DNA of 32,000 bases, taken from contig NC_013202.1 in NCBI RefSeq assembly GCF_000023965.1, positions 2,490,001 through 2,522,000 on the forward strand. The letters are read 5' to 3'. The DNA comes from Halomicrobium mukohataei DSM 12286. GTDB taxonomy: Archaea; Halobacteriota; Halobacteria; Halobacteriales; Haloarculaceae. Positions 1 to 9,831 of the stretch are shown here, piece by piece. The notes beneath the pieces were generated by a model. It worked only from the letters and a program-made list of their open reading frames with translations, did no database searches and had not been told where the DNA came from. The translations under genes and the position numbers were made by a program. Each line of letters opens with the position of its first letter. The first letter of the stretch is position 1.

Positions 1-987
1 GTGGACGAACTCGCGGAACGCCTCGCCGGTCTCGCTGTCCTCGTCCAGTACCATCGGTTCGCCGTCGTCGCCGCCCTCGCGGACCGCCGGGTCCAGAGGG
101 ATCTCGCCGAGGAAGGGGAGATCGGTCTCCTCGGAGAACTCCCGGCCCCCGCCGGAGTCGAAGATGTCGTGTTCCCCACCGCAGTCCGGGCAGGTGAACG
201 TCGACATGTTCTCGACGAGTCCCAGGACCGGCGTCTCGTGACGGCCGAACATCTCCAGCCCCTTGCGGGCGTCGTCCAGCGCGACGGTCTGGGGGGTCGT
301 GACGATCGTCGCGCCCGTGACGGGGATGTTCTGGAGCATCGTCAGCTGGGTGTCGCCGGTGCCCGGCGGCAGGTCGATCACCATGTAATCGAGGCTCCCC
401 CAGACCACGTCCTCCCACAGCTGTGTGAGGACGCTGTCGACCATCGGCCCGCGCCAGATGACCGGGTCGTCCTCGCCGACGAGGAAGTCCATACTCATGA
501 GCTTGATCCCGTACTTCTCCGGCGGGATGATCTGGTCGTCCTCGGTGGCCTGCGGGTGCTCGTCGGCGGCGACCATTCGCGGAACGTTCGGCCCGTACAC
601 GTCCGCGTCGAACAGGCCGACCTGCGCACCGAGCTCCGAGAGGCCGACGGCGAGGTTGACCGCGAGCGTGCTCTTGCCGACCCCGCCTTTCCCCGAAGCG
701 ACGGCGATGACGTTCTTGACGCCCGGCAAGACGGTGCCCTCCGCGTCCATCCCGCGGTCCACGTTGGCGGTCAACTCGATCTCCCGATCATCGTCGTCGA
801 GCGCCTCGCGCACGTCGGCCGCGATGGCGGTCTCGTTGGGCGAGTACGGCGCGCCCAGCGCGAGGTCGACGGCGATCGACGCGTCGTCGATCTCGATCTC
901 GTTGACCAGGCCGAGCGACACGATGTCGTCCCGGAGGTCCGGATCGCGGACCTCCCGCAGGCGCTCGCGTACGGCAGCTTCGTCCAT
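1..987 (-). CDS. Mrp/NBP35 (ApbC)-family Fe-S cluster carrier P-loop ATPase; C-terminus runs off the left edge
   Basis: Absent from the ORF track because it has no stop inside the window. Reverse-strand translation from the ATG (complement of 985-987) reads MDEAAVRERLREVRDPDLRDDIVSLGLVNEIEID. It then shows the deviant Walker A VIAVASGKGGVGKSTLAVNLA, DLPPGTGD, and CPDCGGEHDIF near the edge. The 471-aa plus-strand ORF 1..1416 is its Arg-rich shadow frame. Confidence 0.9.
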   Translation of the reverse strand, partial: MDEAAVRERLREVRDPDLRDDIVSLGLVNEIEIDDASIAVDLALGAPYSPNETAIAADVREALDDDDREIELTANVDRGMDAEGTVLPGVKNVIAVASGKGGVGKSTLAVNLAVGLSELGAQVGLFDADVYGPNVPRMVAADEHPQATEDDQIIPPEKYGIKLMSMDFLVGEDDPVIWRGPMVDSVLTQLWEDVVWGSLDYMVIDLPPGTGDTQLTMLQNIPVTGATIVTTPQTVALDDARKGLEMFGRHETPVLGLVENMSTFTCPDCGGEHDIFDSGGGREFSEETDLPFLGEIPLDPAVREGGDDGEPMVLDEDSETGEAFREFVH

Positions 988-1044
988 GGGCGTGCTACGC
1001 GGGGGACCGGCGATAAGGGTTGTGACGTACGGAGCAGCCCCAGT

Positions 1045-1329
1045 TCAGGGACGGCGAAAGGTGTAGACGGCCGCGTCGTCGCCGGTCTCGAACGTCACCT
1101 CGATCACGCCGTCCTCGTGGTCGAACGCGAGTCGCTCGGCCGGCCCGGCGAACTCGTGCAACGGCATCCCCGCGTCGACGGTGCCGTCCGGTTCGACGGC
1201 GAACTGTGCCGTCGAGCCGAACGTCGCGACCAGCGTGCCGTCGGATCGCTCGGCCACGTCGGGAGCGAACCGACCGAGTTCGGTTTCGAGGCGGTGGCGA
1301 TCGCCGGGATCGACGACTGTCAGAGCCAT
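1045..1329 (-). CDS. small acidic hypothetical protein (about 94 aa)
   Basis: Track ORF 1045..1356 (-). Position 1356 is a TTG; the first ATG (complement of 1327-1329) gives MALTVVDPGDRHRLETELGRFAPDVAERSDG. Composition is acidic and GC3-rich. No family recognised. Confidence 0.55.
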   Translation of the reverse strand: MALTVVDPGDRHRLETELGRFAPDVAERSDGTLVATFGSTAQFAVEPDGTVDAGMPLHEFAGPAERLAFDHEDGVIEVTFETGDDAAVYTFRRP

Positions 1330-1482
1330 AGCCGTCGGTTCGTCCGGGGCGTGCAAATCGGTGACGACGGGGCGGGGGATTCGTTGCGTTTATGTACACC
1401 CGGCGTGGAAATCTGAGTAGACTCGTGCAGGGGCGCGGCGTCCCGAGTCCTCGTCGAGAGGGCGCGAGTACTATGAACGCGT

Positions 1483-1567
1483 GTCGTGGTAGCCAAGCCT
1501 GGCCCAAGGCGCAGGGTTGCTAACTCTGTGGCGTACAGCCTCCGGGGTTCGAATCCCCGCCACGACG
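1483..1567 (+). tRNA. tRNA-Ser (anticodon GCT), class II with long variable arm
   Basis: Cloverleaf read by eye. Acceptor GTCGTGG/CCACGAC plus discriminator G. D stem GCC/GGC. Anticodon stem CAGGG/CTCTG with loop TTGCTAA. Variable arm GGC-GTACA-GCC. T arm CGGGG-TTCGAAT-CCCCG. Confidence 0.9.
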
Positions 1568-1588
1568 CTCACACCCGACTAACCACAC

Positions 1589-2125
1589 ATGAGTGCAGAA
1601 GAACCAGAACTGGACGAGGACGTGGACGAGGAGGAACTCCGCTACTTCGTCCGTATCGGACAGACTGACCTCGACGGCACGAAGTCCGTCGAGCGTTCCC
1701 TGACAGACATGAACGGCATCGGCAAGCGCGCCGCGCGCATCATCGCCGAGAAGGCCGGTGTCGACCGCCAGGCGCTCTTTGGCGCGCTGGACGACGAGGA
1801 CATCGAGGCCGTCGTCGAGAAGGTCGAGGGGTACGCTGACGAGGTCCCGGAATGGCTCACGAACCACCAGAACGACTTCTACTCCGGTGAGACGACCCAC
1901 GAGATCGGCAACGACCTGCAGATGCAGCGTCGCGCCGACGTCAACCGGATGCAGATGATCGACTCCTACAAGGGCGTTCGCCACAAGCGCGGCCAGAAGG
2001 TCCGCGGTCAGCGAACGAAGTCCACCGGCCGAACCGAGGGCACCATCGGTGTCAACGTCGAGGCCATCAAGGAGGAACAGGCCGAGGAAGCGGCCGCCGA
2101 GGAAGACGAGGGCGGTGAGGAATAA
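1589..2125 (+). CDS. rps13: 30S ribosomal protein S13
   Basis: MSAEEPELDEDVDEEELRYFVRIGQTDLDGTKSVERSLTDMNGIGKRAARII. It is first in the archaeal S13-S4-S11-RpoD order. The stop overlaps the next ATG (TAATG). Confidence 0.95.
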   Translation: MSAEEPELDEDVDEEELRYFVRIGQTDLDGTKSVERSLTDMNGIGKRAARIIAEKAGVDRQALFGALDDEDIEAVVEKVEGYADEVPEWLTNHQNDFYSGETTHEIGNDLQMQRRADVNRMQMIDSYKGVRHKRGQKVRGQRTKSTGRTEGTIGVNVEAIKEEQAEEAAAEEDEGGEE

Positions 2126-2646
2126 TGGCACTCGGATCCAACACCAAGTTCTACGAGACGCCGAACCACCCCTACCAGGGTGAACGCATCGCCGACGAGC
2201 AGAACCTCATCGGCCGCTACGGCCTGAAGAACAAGGAGGAACTGTGGCGCGCACAGTCCGAGCTCCGTAGCTACCGACGCGAGGCCCGAAAGCTGCTGGG
2301 CCGAGCGGAGGGCGAGGGCTCCCGGTTCGAAGCCGACGAGTTCCTCACCCGACTCAAGCGACTGGGCGTCCTCAACGAGACCGACGCACTCGACGACGTG
2401 CTGTCCCTCGACGTGACCGACGTGCTCGAACGCCGACTCCAGACCGTCGTCTACCGCAAGGGCTACGCGAACACGCCCGAGCAGGCCCGACAGTTCATCT
2501 CGCACGGCCACATCGTCCTCGGTGACGCCCGCGTCACCCGACCCGGCATGAAAGTCGAGGCCGACGCGGAAGGCGAGGTCGGCTTCGACGAGCACAGCCC
2601 GATCGCGGACGAACTCCACCCAGAACGAGCGGAGGCCCAAGAATGA
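2125..2646 (+). CDS. rps4: 30S ribosomal protein S4
   Basis: [58 protein letters not shown]. It has an ATGA overlap with S11. Confidence 0.95.
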   Translation: MALGSNTKFYETPNHPYQGERIADEQNLIGRYGLKNKEELWRAQSELRSYRREARKLLGRAEGEGSRFEADEFLTRLKRLGVLNETDALDDVLSLDVTDVLERRLQTVVYRKGYANTPEQARQFISHGHIVLGDARVTRPGMKVEADAEGEVGFDEHSPIADELHPERAEAQE

Positions 2647-3032
2647 GTGAATCCGAAGACAGCAAGTGGGGCATCGCCCACGTGTACGCATCGTTCAACA
2701 ACACGATCATCACCATCACGGACCAGACCGGTGCCGAGACGCTGGCCAAGTCCTCCGGTGGGACGGTCGTCAAGCAGAACCGCGACGAAGCGTCGCCTTA
2801 CGCCGCGATGCAGATGGCCGAAGTCGTCGCCGAGAAGGCCAAGGCCCAGAACATCGAAGGCGTCCACGTCAACGTGCGCGGTCCCGGCGGGAACCAGCAG
2901 AAGTCCCCCGGTCCGGGCGCACAGGCGACGATTCGAGCGCTCGCCCGTGCGGGCCTGGAAATCGGCCGCATCGAGGACGTCACACCGATCCCGCACGACG
3001 GGACCCGCGGCCCCAAGAACGCCGGATTCTAA
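2643..3032 (+). CDS. rps11: 30S ribosomal protein S11
   Basis: [33 protein letters not shown] ... [21 protein letters not shown]. Confidence 0.95.
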   Translation: MSESEDSKWGIAHVYASFNNTIITITDQTGAETLAKSSGGTVVKQNRDEASPYAAMQMAEVVAEKAKAQNIEGVHVNVRGPGGNQQKSPGPGAQATIRALARAGLEIGRIEDVTPIPHDGTRGPKNAGF

Positions 3033-3035
3033 CCA

Positions 3036-3815
3036 ATGACACAGGACTACGAGGTCGAGTTCGTCGAACGCTCCGATCGCGAGGCGCGGTTCCTCGTGCG
3101 CGGGATCAGCCCCGCCTTTGCCAACGGCATCCGCCGGGCGATGATCGCCGACGTGCCGACCTTCAGCGTCGATACCGTCCGAGTCATCGAGAACTCCAGC
3201 GTGATGTTCGACGAGCAGATCGGACTCCGCCTCGGGCTGGTCCCACTCACGACCGACCTCGACGACTTCGAGGTCGGCGACGAAGTGACGCTGTCGATCG
3301 ACGTCTCCGGTCCCGAAACCGCCTACTCCGGTGATCTGGTCAGCTCCGACTCCCTAGTCGGGCCGGCCGACGACAACATCCCGATCATCGATCTCAAGGA
3401 CGGCCAGCGCCTCGAAGTCGAGGCCGACGCCGTCCTGGATCGTGGCCGCGAACACGCCAAGCATCAGGGCGGCGTGGCCGTCGGATACCGACACCTCCAG
3501 CGCGTCGAGGTCGTCGGCGACAAAGGCGAGTTCGAGGACGACGAGACCCACATCCTTCGAGGCGTCATCGAGGAGCAAGCTGCCGAACACGTCGACGGGG
3601 ACGCCGATGACGGCGACCTCGTCCTGACCGAGGAGTTCGACAGCGACCTCACGAAGCGCTACCCCGGCAAGGAACTGGAAGTTCACGACGTAGAGAACGC
3701 GTTCGTCTTCCACGTCGAGACTGACGGTTCCCTCTCCGTCGAGGAGCTCACCCTCCGCGCGGTCGATTCGATTCGATCCCGTGCGGACGAACTACGCGAC
3801 GCAGTCCAACTATAA
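3036..3815 (+). CDS. rpoD: DNA-directed RNA polymerase subunit D
   Basis: [71 protein letters not shown]. It sits in the conserved position after S11. Confidence 0.93.
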   Translation: MTQDYEVEFVERSDREARFLVRGISPAFANGIRRAMIADVPTFSVDTVRVIENSSVMFDEQIGLRLGLVPLTTDLDDFEVGDEVTLSIDVSGPETAYSGDLVSSDSLVGPADDNIPIIDLKDGQRLEVEADAVLDRGREHAKHQGGVAVGYRHLQRVEVVGDKGEFEDDETHILRGVIEEQAAEHVDGDADDGDLVLTEEFDSDLTKRYPGKELEVHDVENAFVFHVETDGSLSVEELTLRAVDSIRSRADELRDAVQL

Positions 3816-3882
3816 GATGACCCCTGCCCCAACCGCACCGATGATCGCGACGCCACCCCGCGCCAGCGTGAGGATCGAAAGC

Positions 3883-3890
3883 GGTTTTAC
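3883..3890 (+). promoter_or_regulatory. TATA-like box (GGTTTTAC) about 30 nt upstream of tRNA-Leu; its T4 run may also terminate the rpoD transcript
   Basis: An AT-rich octamer in otherwise GC-rich DNA, centred about 30 nt before the mature tRNA 5' end. It is only a loose match to the haloarchaeal TATA consensus. Confidence 0.3.
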
Positions 3891-3916
3891 GGGGCAAACA
3901 AAACGACCTATTGCGA

Positions 3917-4001
3917 GCAGGGATAGCCAAGTTTGGCCAACGGCGCAGCGTTCAGGGCGCTGTCCCGTAGGGGTCCGCAGGTTCAAATCCTGCTCCCTGC
4001 A
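3917..4001 (+). tRNA. tRNA-Leu (anticodon CAG), class II
   Basis: Acceptor GCAGGGA/TCCCTGC plus discriminator A. D stem GCC/GGC. Anticodon stem CAGCG/CGCTG with loop TTCAGGG. Variable arm CCC-GTA-GGG. T arm GCAGG-TTCAAAT-CCTGC. Confidence 0.9.
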
Positions 4002-4024
4002 CTTTCTCACACAGGAGGAACGTC

Positions 4025-4372
4025 ATGAGTAAGACTAATCCGAGACTCAGTAGTCTCATCGCCGACCTGAAATCCGCCGCCCGTTCGGGCGCGGACGTCT
4101 GGGGCGACATCGCCGAGCGTCTCGAAAAGCCACGACGCACGCACGCGGAAGTCAACCTCGGCCGTATCGAACGATACGCCCAGGAAGACGAGACCGTCAT
4201 CGTGCCCGGCAAGGTGCTCGGTTCCGGCGTCCTGCAGAAGGACGTGACCGTCGCAGCTGTCGACTTCTCCGGAACGGCCGAGAAGAAGATCGACCAGGTT
4301 GGAGAGGCAGTATCGCTCGAAACCGCAGTCGAACAGAACCCCGAGGGCTCGGAGGTGCGCATCATCCAATGA
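4025..4372 (+). CDS. rpl18e: 50S ribosomal protein L18e
   Basis: [52 protein letters not shown]. The Shine-Dalgarno AGGAGGAA lies at 4013-4020. Confidence 0.93.
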   Translation: MSKTNPRLSSLIADLKSAARSGADVWGDIAERLEKPRRTHAEVNLGRIERYAQEDETVIVPGKVLGSGVLQKDVTVAAVDFSGTAEKKIDQVGEAVSLETAVEQNPEGSEVRIIQ

Positions 4373-4815
4373 GCGTCGCAGAATTCGACGCGGACGTCGT
4401 CGTCGACGCCCGCGACTGCATCTTCGGACGCGTCGCTTCCAACGTCGCACAGCGTGCCCTCGACGGCGAGACGATCGCCGTCGTCAACGCCGAGGAGGCC
4501 GTCATCACGGGTAACGAGGACCAGATCATGGAGAAGTTCCAGAAGCGCCGCGAGGTCGGCTCGGATCGAGGTCCGTACTACCCGAAGCGACCGGACGGCA
4601 TCTTCAAGCGCTCGATCCGCGGGATGCTTCCCCACAAGAAGCCCCGCGGTCGCGAGGCGCTCTCGAACGTCCGTGTCTACGTGGGCAACCCTTACGAGGA
4701 CCACGACCTCGACGCGGAGATTCTGGAGGACACCTCGCTGGATCGACTGTCGAACATCAAGTTCGTCTCGCTCGGAGACGTCAGCGAATCCATCGGAGCG
4801 AACGTAACATGGTAA
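4369..4815 (+). CDS. rpl13: 50S ribosomal protein L13
   Basis: [22 protein letters not shown] ... [31 protein letters not shown]. It has an ATGA overlap with L18e. Confidence 0.95.
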   Translation: MSVAEFDADVVVDARDCIFGRVASNVAQRALDGETIAVVNAEEAVITGNEDQIMEKFQKRREVGSDRGPYYPKRPDGIFKRSIRGMLPHKKPRGREALSNVRVYVGNPYEDHDLDAEILEDTSLDRLSNIKFVSLGDVSESIGANVTW

Positions 4816-5207
4816 CGAACACCTCAGGCAAGAAGAAGACGGCCGTCGCCCGCGCGACCGTTCGCGAGGGCGAGGGTCGGGTACGTATCGACTCCCAGCC
4901 GGTCGAGCTGGTCGATCCCGAGCTGGCCCAGCTGAAGATGCTGGAGCCGTTCCGGATCGCCGACGACGACCTGCGCGAACAGGTCGACGTGGAAGTCTCC
5001 GTCGAGGGCGGCGGCGTCATGGGCCAGGCCGACGCGGCCCGGACCGCGATCGCACGCGGCCTCGTCGACCACACCAACGACGCCGAACTCCGTGACGCGT
5101 TCATGGAGTTCGACCGCTCGCTGCTGGTCAACGACGTTCGCCAGTCCGAAGCCAAGAAGTGGGGCGGCCCCGGCGCACGGGCCCGCTACCAGAAGTCCTA
5201 CCGCTAA
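4809..5207 (+). CDS. rps9: 30S ribosomal protein S9
   Basis: [34 protein letters not shown] ... [17 protein letters not shown]. Confidence 0.95.
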   Translation: MVTNTSGKKKTAVARATVREGEGRVRIDSQPVELVDPELAQLKMLEPFRIADDDLREQVDVEVSVEGGGVMGQADAARTAIARGLVDHTNDAELRDAFMEFDRSLLVNDVRQSEAKKWGGPGARARYQKSYR

Positions 5208-5218
5208 GGTGATATGAT

Positions 5219-5419
5219 ATGATGGTACCGGTCCGGTGTTTCACCTGTGGTAACGTCGTCGCCGAGCACTGGGAGGAGTTCAAGGCCCGCACCCGCGAAG
5301 CCGAGGAGCCAGAGGACCCCGAAAAGGTCCTCGACGAACTCGGCGTCGAGCGCCACTGCTGTCGCCGGATGCTCGTCTCGCACAAGGACCTCGTCGACAT
5401 CGTGGCACCCTATCAATGA
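5219..5419 (+). CDS. rpoN: DNA-directed RNA polymerase subunit N
   Basis: [21 protein letters not shown] ... [20 protein letters not shown], showing the zinc-binding CxxC...CC pattern typical of RpoN/Rpb10. Confidence 0.93.
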   Translation: MMVPVRCFTCGNVVAEHWEEFKARTREAEEPEDPEKVLDELGVERHCCRRMLVSHKDLVDIVAPYQ

Positions 5420-5592
5420 TGGTTCAGGAAAACCGCTACGAGAAGGCGCGGATCATCGGTGCGCGAGCGCTGCAGGTGGCTTTCGGTGCGCCGGTGCTCA
5501 TCGACACCGATCAGACCCAGCCGATCCTCATCGCGGCCGAGGAGTACGACGCTGGGGTCCTGCCCTTCACAGTTCGACGAGGTGACAACTGA
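5416..5592 (+). CDS. rpoK: DNA-directed RNA polymerase subunit K (58 aa; below the ORF-track cut-off)
   Basis: My own translation gives [58 protein letters not shown]. The ATG overlaps the rpoN stop, and the TGA at 5590-5592 overlaps the enolase ATG. The position between rpoN and eno is canonical. Confidence 0.88.
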   Translation: MMVQENRYEKARIIGARALQVAFGAPVLIDTDQTQPILIAAEEYDAGVLPFTVRRGDN

Positions 5593-6797
5593 TGACGCTC
5601 ATCACGGACGTACGACTGCGCCGCGTGCTCGACTCGCGTGGCAACGCGACGGTCGAGGCCGACGTGCTCACCGAGAGCGGCGGCTTCGGGCGCGGCAAGG
5701 CACCGAGCGGAGCGAGTACCGGCGAGTACGAGGCCATCGAGCTGCCCGCCAACGAGGCGATCGCACGGGCACGCGAGGACGCGCTGCCCCGACTGATCGG
5801 CGAGGTTCACGCCGGCAATCAGCGTGACGTCGACGCGGCGCTTCACGCGGCAGACGGGACCGACGACTTCTCGGAGATCGGAGCCAACAGCGCCGTCGCC
5901 ATCTCGATGGCGGCCGCGAAGGCTGGTGCCGACGTGCTCGGTGCGCCGCTGTACCAGCACCTCGGTGGCACGTTCCGGGGCAACGAGTACCCGACGCCGC
6001 TTGGCAACATCATCGGCGGCGGCGAACACGCCGCGGACGCGACGAACATCCAGGAGTTCCTCGCGGCACCCGTCGGTGCGCCCAGCGTCGAAGAGGCCGT
6101 CTTCGCTAACGCGGCCGTCCACCAGGAAGTCCACGACATCCTCGCCGAGCGGGACCTGCCCGCCGGCAAAGGCGACGAGGGCGCGTGGGCACCGTCGATC
6201 TCCGACGACGAAGCCTTCGAGATCATGTCCGAGGCGGTCGAGACCGTCGCGGACGATCTCGGCTTCGCGATTTCGTTCGGCCTGGACGTGGCCGGCGCGG
6301 AACTGTACGACGCCGAGGAGGACGGCTACGTCTACGACGATCAGGTCCGCTCGGCCGAGGAGCAGATCGACTACATCGCCCAGAAGGCCGAGGAGTACGA
6401 CCTCGTCTACGTCGAGGATCCCCTCGACGAGGACGACTACGAGGCGTTCGCCGATCTGACCGACATGGTCGGCGACCAGACGCTCGTCTGTGGGGACGAC
6501 CTGTTCGTCACCAACGTCGAGCGCCTGCAGGCCGGCATCAACGCCGGTGCGGCAAACTCCATCCTCATCAAGCCCAACCAGATCGGGACGCTCACGGACG
6601 CCGTGGACGCCATCGAACTGGCCCGGGACAACGGGTACGCGTCGGTCGTCTCCCATCGCAGCGGTGAGACGGAAGACGCCACGATCGCACACCTCGCCGT
6701 TGCGACCGACGCACCGTTCATCAAGACGGGCGCGGTCGGTGGCGAGCGAACAGCCAAGCTGAACGAACTCATCCGAATCGAGGACAACGCAGTATGA
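5592..6797 (+). CDS. eno: enolase (2-phosphoglycerate dehydratase)
   Basis: [45 protein letters not shown] ... [14 protein letters not shown] ... [20 protein letters not shown]. Confidence 0.96.
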   Translation: MTLITDVRLRRVLDSRGNATVEADVLTESGGFGRGKAPSGASTGEYEAIELPANEAIARAREDALPRLIGEVHAGNQRDVDAALHAADGTDDFSEIGANSAVAISMAAAKAGADVLGAPLYQHLGGTFRGNEYPTPLGNIIGGGEHAADATNIQEFLAAPVGAPSVEEAVFANAAVHQEVHDILAERDLPAGKGDEGAWAPSISDDEAFEIMSEAVETVADDLGFAISFGLDVAGAELYDAEEDGYVYDDQVRSAEEQIDYIAQKAEEYDLVYVEDPLDEDDYEAFADLTDMVGDQTLVCGDDLFVTNVERLQAGINAGAANSILIKPNQIGTLTDAVDAIELARDNGYASVVSHRSGETEDATIAHLAVATDAPFIKTGAVGGERTAKLNELIRIEDNAV

Positions 6798-7573
6798 GCG
6801 GCAACGAAAACGAAGGTCTCGACGCAGAGGACTCCGACTTCGACCCCGAAGACGACGTCGAAGCAGAGGCCGACGCCGAGGCTACCGACACTGAGGAACC
6901 GGCCGCCGACGCCGAGGCCAGCGAGGCCGACGCCGAGGCTGAAGAAGCTGACGAGGGACCGTCCCTCGACGAGGACGTCATGCCCGACGACGAGGCAGAC
7001 CTCCTCATTCCCGTCGAGGAGTACCTCGGCGCGGGGGTCCACATCGGGACCCAGCAGAAGACCCAGGACATGGAGCGGTTCATCCACCGCGTCCGGACCG
7101 ACGGGCTGTACGTGCTGGACGTCTCGATGACGGACTCGCGCATCCGAACGGCAGCGGACTTCCTCGCGAACTACGACCCCGAGCAGATCCTCGTGGCCTC
7201 CTCGCGACAGTACGGCCGGTTCCCGGCCGAGAAGTTCGCCGACGCCGTCGGTGCACGGGCCCGGACCGGTCGATTCATCCCGGGGACGCTGACCAATCCC
7301 GACTACGACGGGTACATCGAGCCCGACGTGGTCGTCGTCACGGACCCGATCGGTGACGCCCAGGCCGTCAAAGAGGCCATCACCGTCGGCATCCCGGTCA
7401 TCGCGATGTGTGACTCCAACAACACCACCGCGAACGTCGACCTGGTCGTCCCGACGAACAACAAGGGGCGCAAGGCGCTGTCGGTCGTCTACTGGCTGCT
7501 TGCCAACGAGACGCTCGACCGCCGCGGCTCCGACACCGTCTACGAGCTCGCCGACTTCGAGAGCGAACTGTAG
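6794..7573 (+). CDS. rps2: 30S ribosomal protein S2 with acidic N-terminal extension
   Basis: The core is [41 protein letters not shown] ... [16 protein letters not shown]. About 70 D/E/A-rich residues precede it. It has an ATGA overlap with eno. Confidence 0.93.
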   Translation: MSGNENEGLDAEDSDFDPEDDVEAEADAEATDTEEPAADAEASEADAEAEEADEGPSLDEDVMPDDEADLLIPVEEYLGAGVHIGTQQKTQDMERFIHRVRTDGLYVLDVSMTDSRIRTAADFLANYDPEQILVASSRQYGRFPAEKFADAVGARARTGRFIPGTLTNPDYDGYIEPDVVVVTDPIGDAQAVKEAITVGIPVIAMCDSNNTTANVDLVVPTNNKGRKALSVVYWLLANETLDRRGSDTVYELADFESEL

Positions 7574-7583
7574 ACGCCCCCGA

Positions 7584-7587
7584 TTTT
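7584..7587 (+). terminator. short oligo-T run downstream of rps2 (weak candidate terminator)
   Basis: CGATTTTCCGTTCTC lies 11 nt after the S2 stop. Archaeal terminators are oligo-T tracts, but this run is only T4. Confidence 0.25.
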
Positions 7588-7639
7588 CCGTTCTCACAGA
7601 TCCGGTAGCGACTGCGATCACCGCTTGGCGGACGGGATG

Positions 7640-7647
7640 GTTTAAGA
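7640..7647 (+). promoter_or_regulatory. TATA-like box (GTTTAAGA) for a probably leaderless transcript starting at 7671
   Basis: It is centred about 27 nt upstream of the ATG at 7671. No Shine-Dalgarno lies between them. Confidence 0.4.
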
Positions 7648-7670
7648 GCGACGGGGCTGAACGACGCCAC

Positions 7671-8054
7671 ATGGCACAAGGAGACACGCTCGTCAACGCC
7701 CTGATCGGTGCAGCCGTCGGCACCGTCGCCGGTGCAGTGTTGCCTCTCGGGCCGCTACTGGGTGGACTCACGGCGGGCTATCTGGAAGGTGGCGATCGGT
7801 CGGACGGACTCCGCGTGGGCCTCTACGCCGGTCTGATTGCGCTGATACCGCTCGGACTCGGCGGATTCGTGGTGGGCTCCCTGTTCGGGCTCTTCGCGAT
7901 CGGTGCCGGTCCCGACGGACTCGCCTTCGGAGCGATCGGAATCGCGTTCATGCTGCTGGTGTTCCTCCTCTACGTCGCCTACGTCGTCGGTCTGAGCGCA
8001 GTCGGCGGGTGGATCGGCAACTACGTGAAGTACGACACGGAACTTGGCTCGTGA
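7671..8054 (+). CDS. DUF5518-like small glycine-rich integral membrane protein (127 aa)
   Basis: This is the inner part of track ORF 7353..8054. From the ATG at 7671 it reads MAQGDTLVNALIGAAVGTVAGAVLPLGPLLGGLTAGYLEGGDRSDG, followed by further hydrophobic G/A/L/V segments. Confidence 0.75.
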   Translation: MAQGDTLVNALIGAAVGTVAGAVLPLGPLLGGLTAGYLEGGDRSDGLRVGLYAGLIALIPLGLGGFVVGSLFGLFAIGAGPDGLAFGAIGIAFMLLVFLLYVAYVVGLSAVGGWIGNYVKYDTELGS

Positions 8055-8055
8055 G

Positions 8056-8436
8056 ATGTCGGGGCTGCTCCGTGACGCCGGGTGGGGCGCGGCGGTGACG
8101 GTCGTCCTCTCGGTGCTCCCCTTTTCGCCGGTCGTGGGCGGTGCCGTCGCGAGTCATCGGCGTGGCTGTCGCTACGCAACTGGTGTGGCCGTCGGCCTGC
8201 TCTCGGGCGTCGTCGCGGCGATCCCGCTGCTCGCGTTGTTCGTGCCGACGCTGCTGGTCGTCGGCTGGCTCGGCTACGGCGTCCCGCCGTCGTCGCCGGC
8301 CTACGACCTGTTTCTGGCGATCGTCTTCGGGCTGTTCGGGATCTACACGGTCGGACTGAGCGGGGTAGGCGGGCTCGGCGGCGTCTGGGCGCGGCTCCAC
8401 ACCGACTGGGACCTCGATCCCGCGCGGTGGCTGTAG
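8056..8436 (+). CDS. DUF5518-like small integral membrane protein, tandem paralog of 7671..8054
   Basis: Track ORF 8044..8436 starts at a TTG; the ATG at 8056 lies 1 nt after the upstream stop. It reads MSGLLRDAGWGAAVTVVLSVLPFSPVVGGAVASH ... GLSGVGGLGGVW, paralleling GLSAVGGWIGNY in the neighbouring gene. Confidence 0.7.
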   Translation: MSGLLRDAGWGAAVTVVLSVLPFSPVVGGAVASHRRGCRYATGVAVGLLSGVVAAIPLLALFVPTLLVVGWLGYGVPPSSPAYDLFLAIVFGLFGIYTVGLSGVGGLGGVWARLHTDWDLDPARWL

Positions 8437-8493
8437 GGCGGCCACCGGTCGTTTGGCACACCGTTCAAACGTCGAGAGCGCATAAGCGACACG

Positions 8494-9831
8494 ATGGCAG
8501 AGACTCCGCCGGGGCCGAAGGGAGAACCGCTGTTCGGAAGCAGTCGCACGTACGCCCAGGATCCGTTCCGATTCGTCGAGGCGCTGGAGGACGCGTACGG
8601 CGGCGTCGCACGCTTCGATATGGGGCCGATGGACACCCTCCTGATCGCCGAACCGGAGCTCGTACAGCAGATTCTCGTCGACGACGACGCGAAGTATCGG
8701 AAGCCGGACTTCCAGGACGACGCACTGGGCGACCTGCTGGGTGACGGCCTCCTGCTGAGCGAGGGTGACACCTGGCAGGAGCAGCGCAAGCTGGCGAATC
8801 CGGCCTTCAGTATGGCTCGCCTCGCCGACATGGACGATCGGATCGTGGATCACGCCGAGTCGCTCGTCGCCGACTGGCAGGACGGTTCGGTGGTCGACGC
8901 CGAACGAGGGATGACCCACGTCACGCTCGACGTGATCCTCGACCTGATGATGGGCGTCGAGTTGCCGGACGAACGCGTGACGACGGTGCAAGACCAGCTC
9001 GTCCCGCTGGGGGCGCGGTTCGAGCCCGACCCCATCCGCTTTGCGATGCCCGACTGGGTGCCCATGCCCGACGACGCCGAGTTCGACGCGGCGATGGAGA
9101 CGCTCGACGGCGTGCTCGACGACATCTTCGAGCGCCGCCGCGGGACGACGGGTGACGAAGACGACGGCCCGATGGACTTCCTCTCGATCCTCATGCGCGC
9201 ACGAGACCGCGGCGAACAGTCCGACGAGCAGTTACGCGACGAGATGATGACGATGCTGCTCGCGGGCCACGACACCACTGCGCTGACGCTGACTTACACG
9301 TGGTTCCTCCTGTCGGAACACCCCGAGGTCGAGCAGCGACTCCACGAGGAGATCGACGCGGTCGTCGGTGACGAGCGGCCGACGATCGATCACGTCCAGG
9401 AACTGGAGTTCCTCGACTGGGTGATCGACGAATCGATGCGCATGTACCCACCCGTGTACACGATCTTCCGGACACCGACTGATCCGGTCGAACTCGGTGG
9501 GTACGACGTTGCGCCGTCGACGAATCTCATGCTGCCACAGTGGGCCGTCCACCACTCCGAGCGCCACTGGGAGAACCCGGAGGAGTTCGACCCCGAACGG
9601 TGGTCTCCAGAGCGGAGCGAAGATCGCCACCGCTTCGCGTTCTTCCCGTTCGGCGGCGGGCCGCGCCACTGCATCGGCAAACACCTCGCGCTGCTGGAGG
9701 CGAAGTTGATCGTCGCCACCGTCGCGAAGGACTACCGGCTCCGCTTCGAAGGCGAGACGCCGCTGGAACTCGTGCCGTCGCTGACGGTTCACCCGCGCCA
9801 GGAGATGTCGATGCGGGTCGAGGAGCGGTGA
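8494..9831 (+). CDS. cytochrome P450 monooxygenase
   Basis: The haem-thiolate loop is FFPFGGGPRHCIGKHLALLE (FxxGxRxCxG). The I-helix is MLLAGHDTTA and the K-helix ExxR is ESMRMYPP. Length is 445 aa. Confidence 0.93.
   Translation: MAETPPGPKGEPLFGSSRTYAQDPFRFVEALEDAYGGVARFDMGPMDTLLIAEPELVQQILVDDDAKYRKPDFQDDALGDLLGDGLLLSEGDTWQEQRKLANPAFSMARLADMDDRIVDHAESLVADWQDGSVVDAERGMTHVTLDVILDLMMGVELPDERVTTVQDQLVPLGARFEPDPIRFAMPDWVPMPDDAEFDAAMETLDGVLDDIFERRRGTTGDEDDGPMDFLSILMRARDRGEQSDEQLRDEMMTMLLAGHDTTALTLTYTWFLLSEHPEVEQRLHEEIDAVVGDERPTIDHVQELEFLDWVIDESMRMYPPVYTIFRTPTDPVELGGYDVAPSTNLMLPQWAVHHSERHWENPEEFDPERWSPERSEDRHRFAFFPFGGGPRHCIGKHLALLEAKLIVATVAKDYRLRFEGETPLELVPSLTVHPRQEMSMRVEER

Noticed and set aside
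1-1416. 471-aa plus-strand ORF at the left edge, plus overlapping ORFs 425..1066(+) and 995..1507(-).
   Set aside because: It is Arg/Gly/Val-rich, which is non-haloarchaeal composition. It lies exactly antisense to a clearly recognisable Mrp/ApbC gene and crosses an intergenic region and another gene. This is the typical stop-codon-poor shadow frame of high-GC DNA.
1483-4001. tRNA-Ser and tRNA-Leu considered as integration hot-spots for mobile elements.
   Set aside because: No integrase, no duplicated tRNA 3' fragment (att) and no compositional break occur next to either tRNA. Both are embedded in the conserved r-protein cluster.
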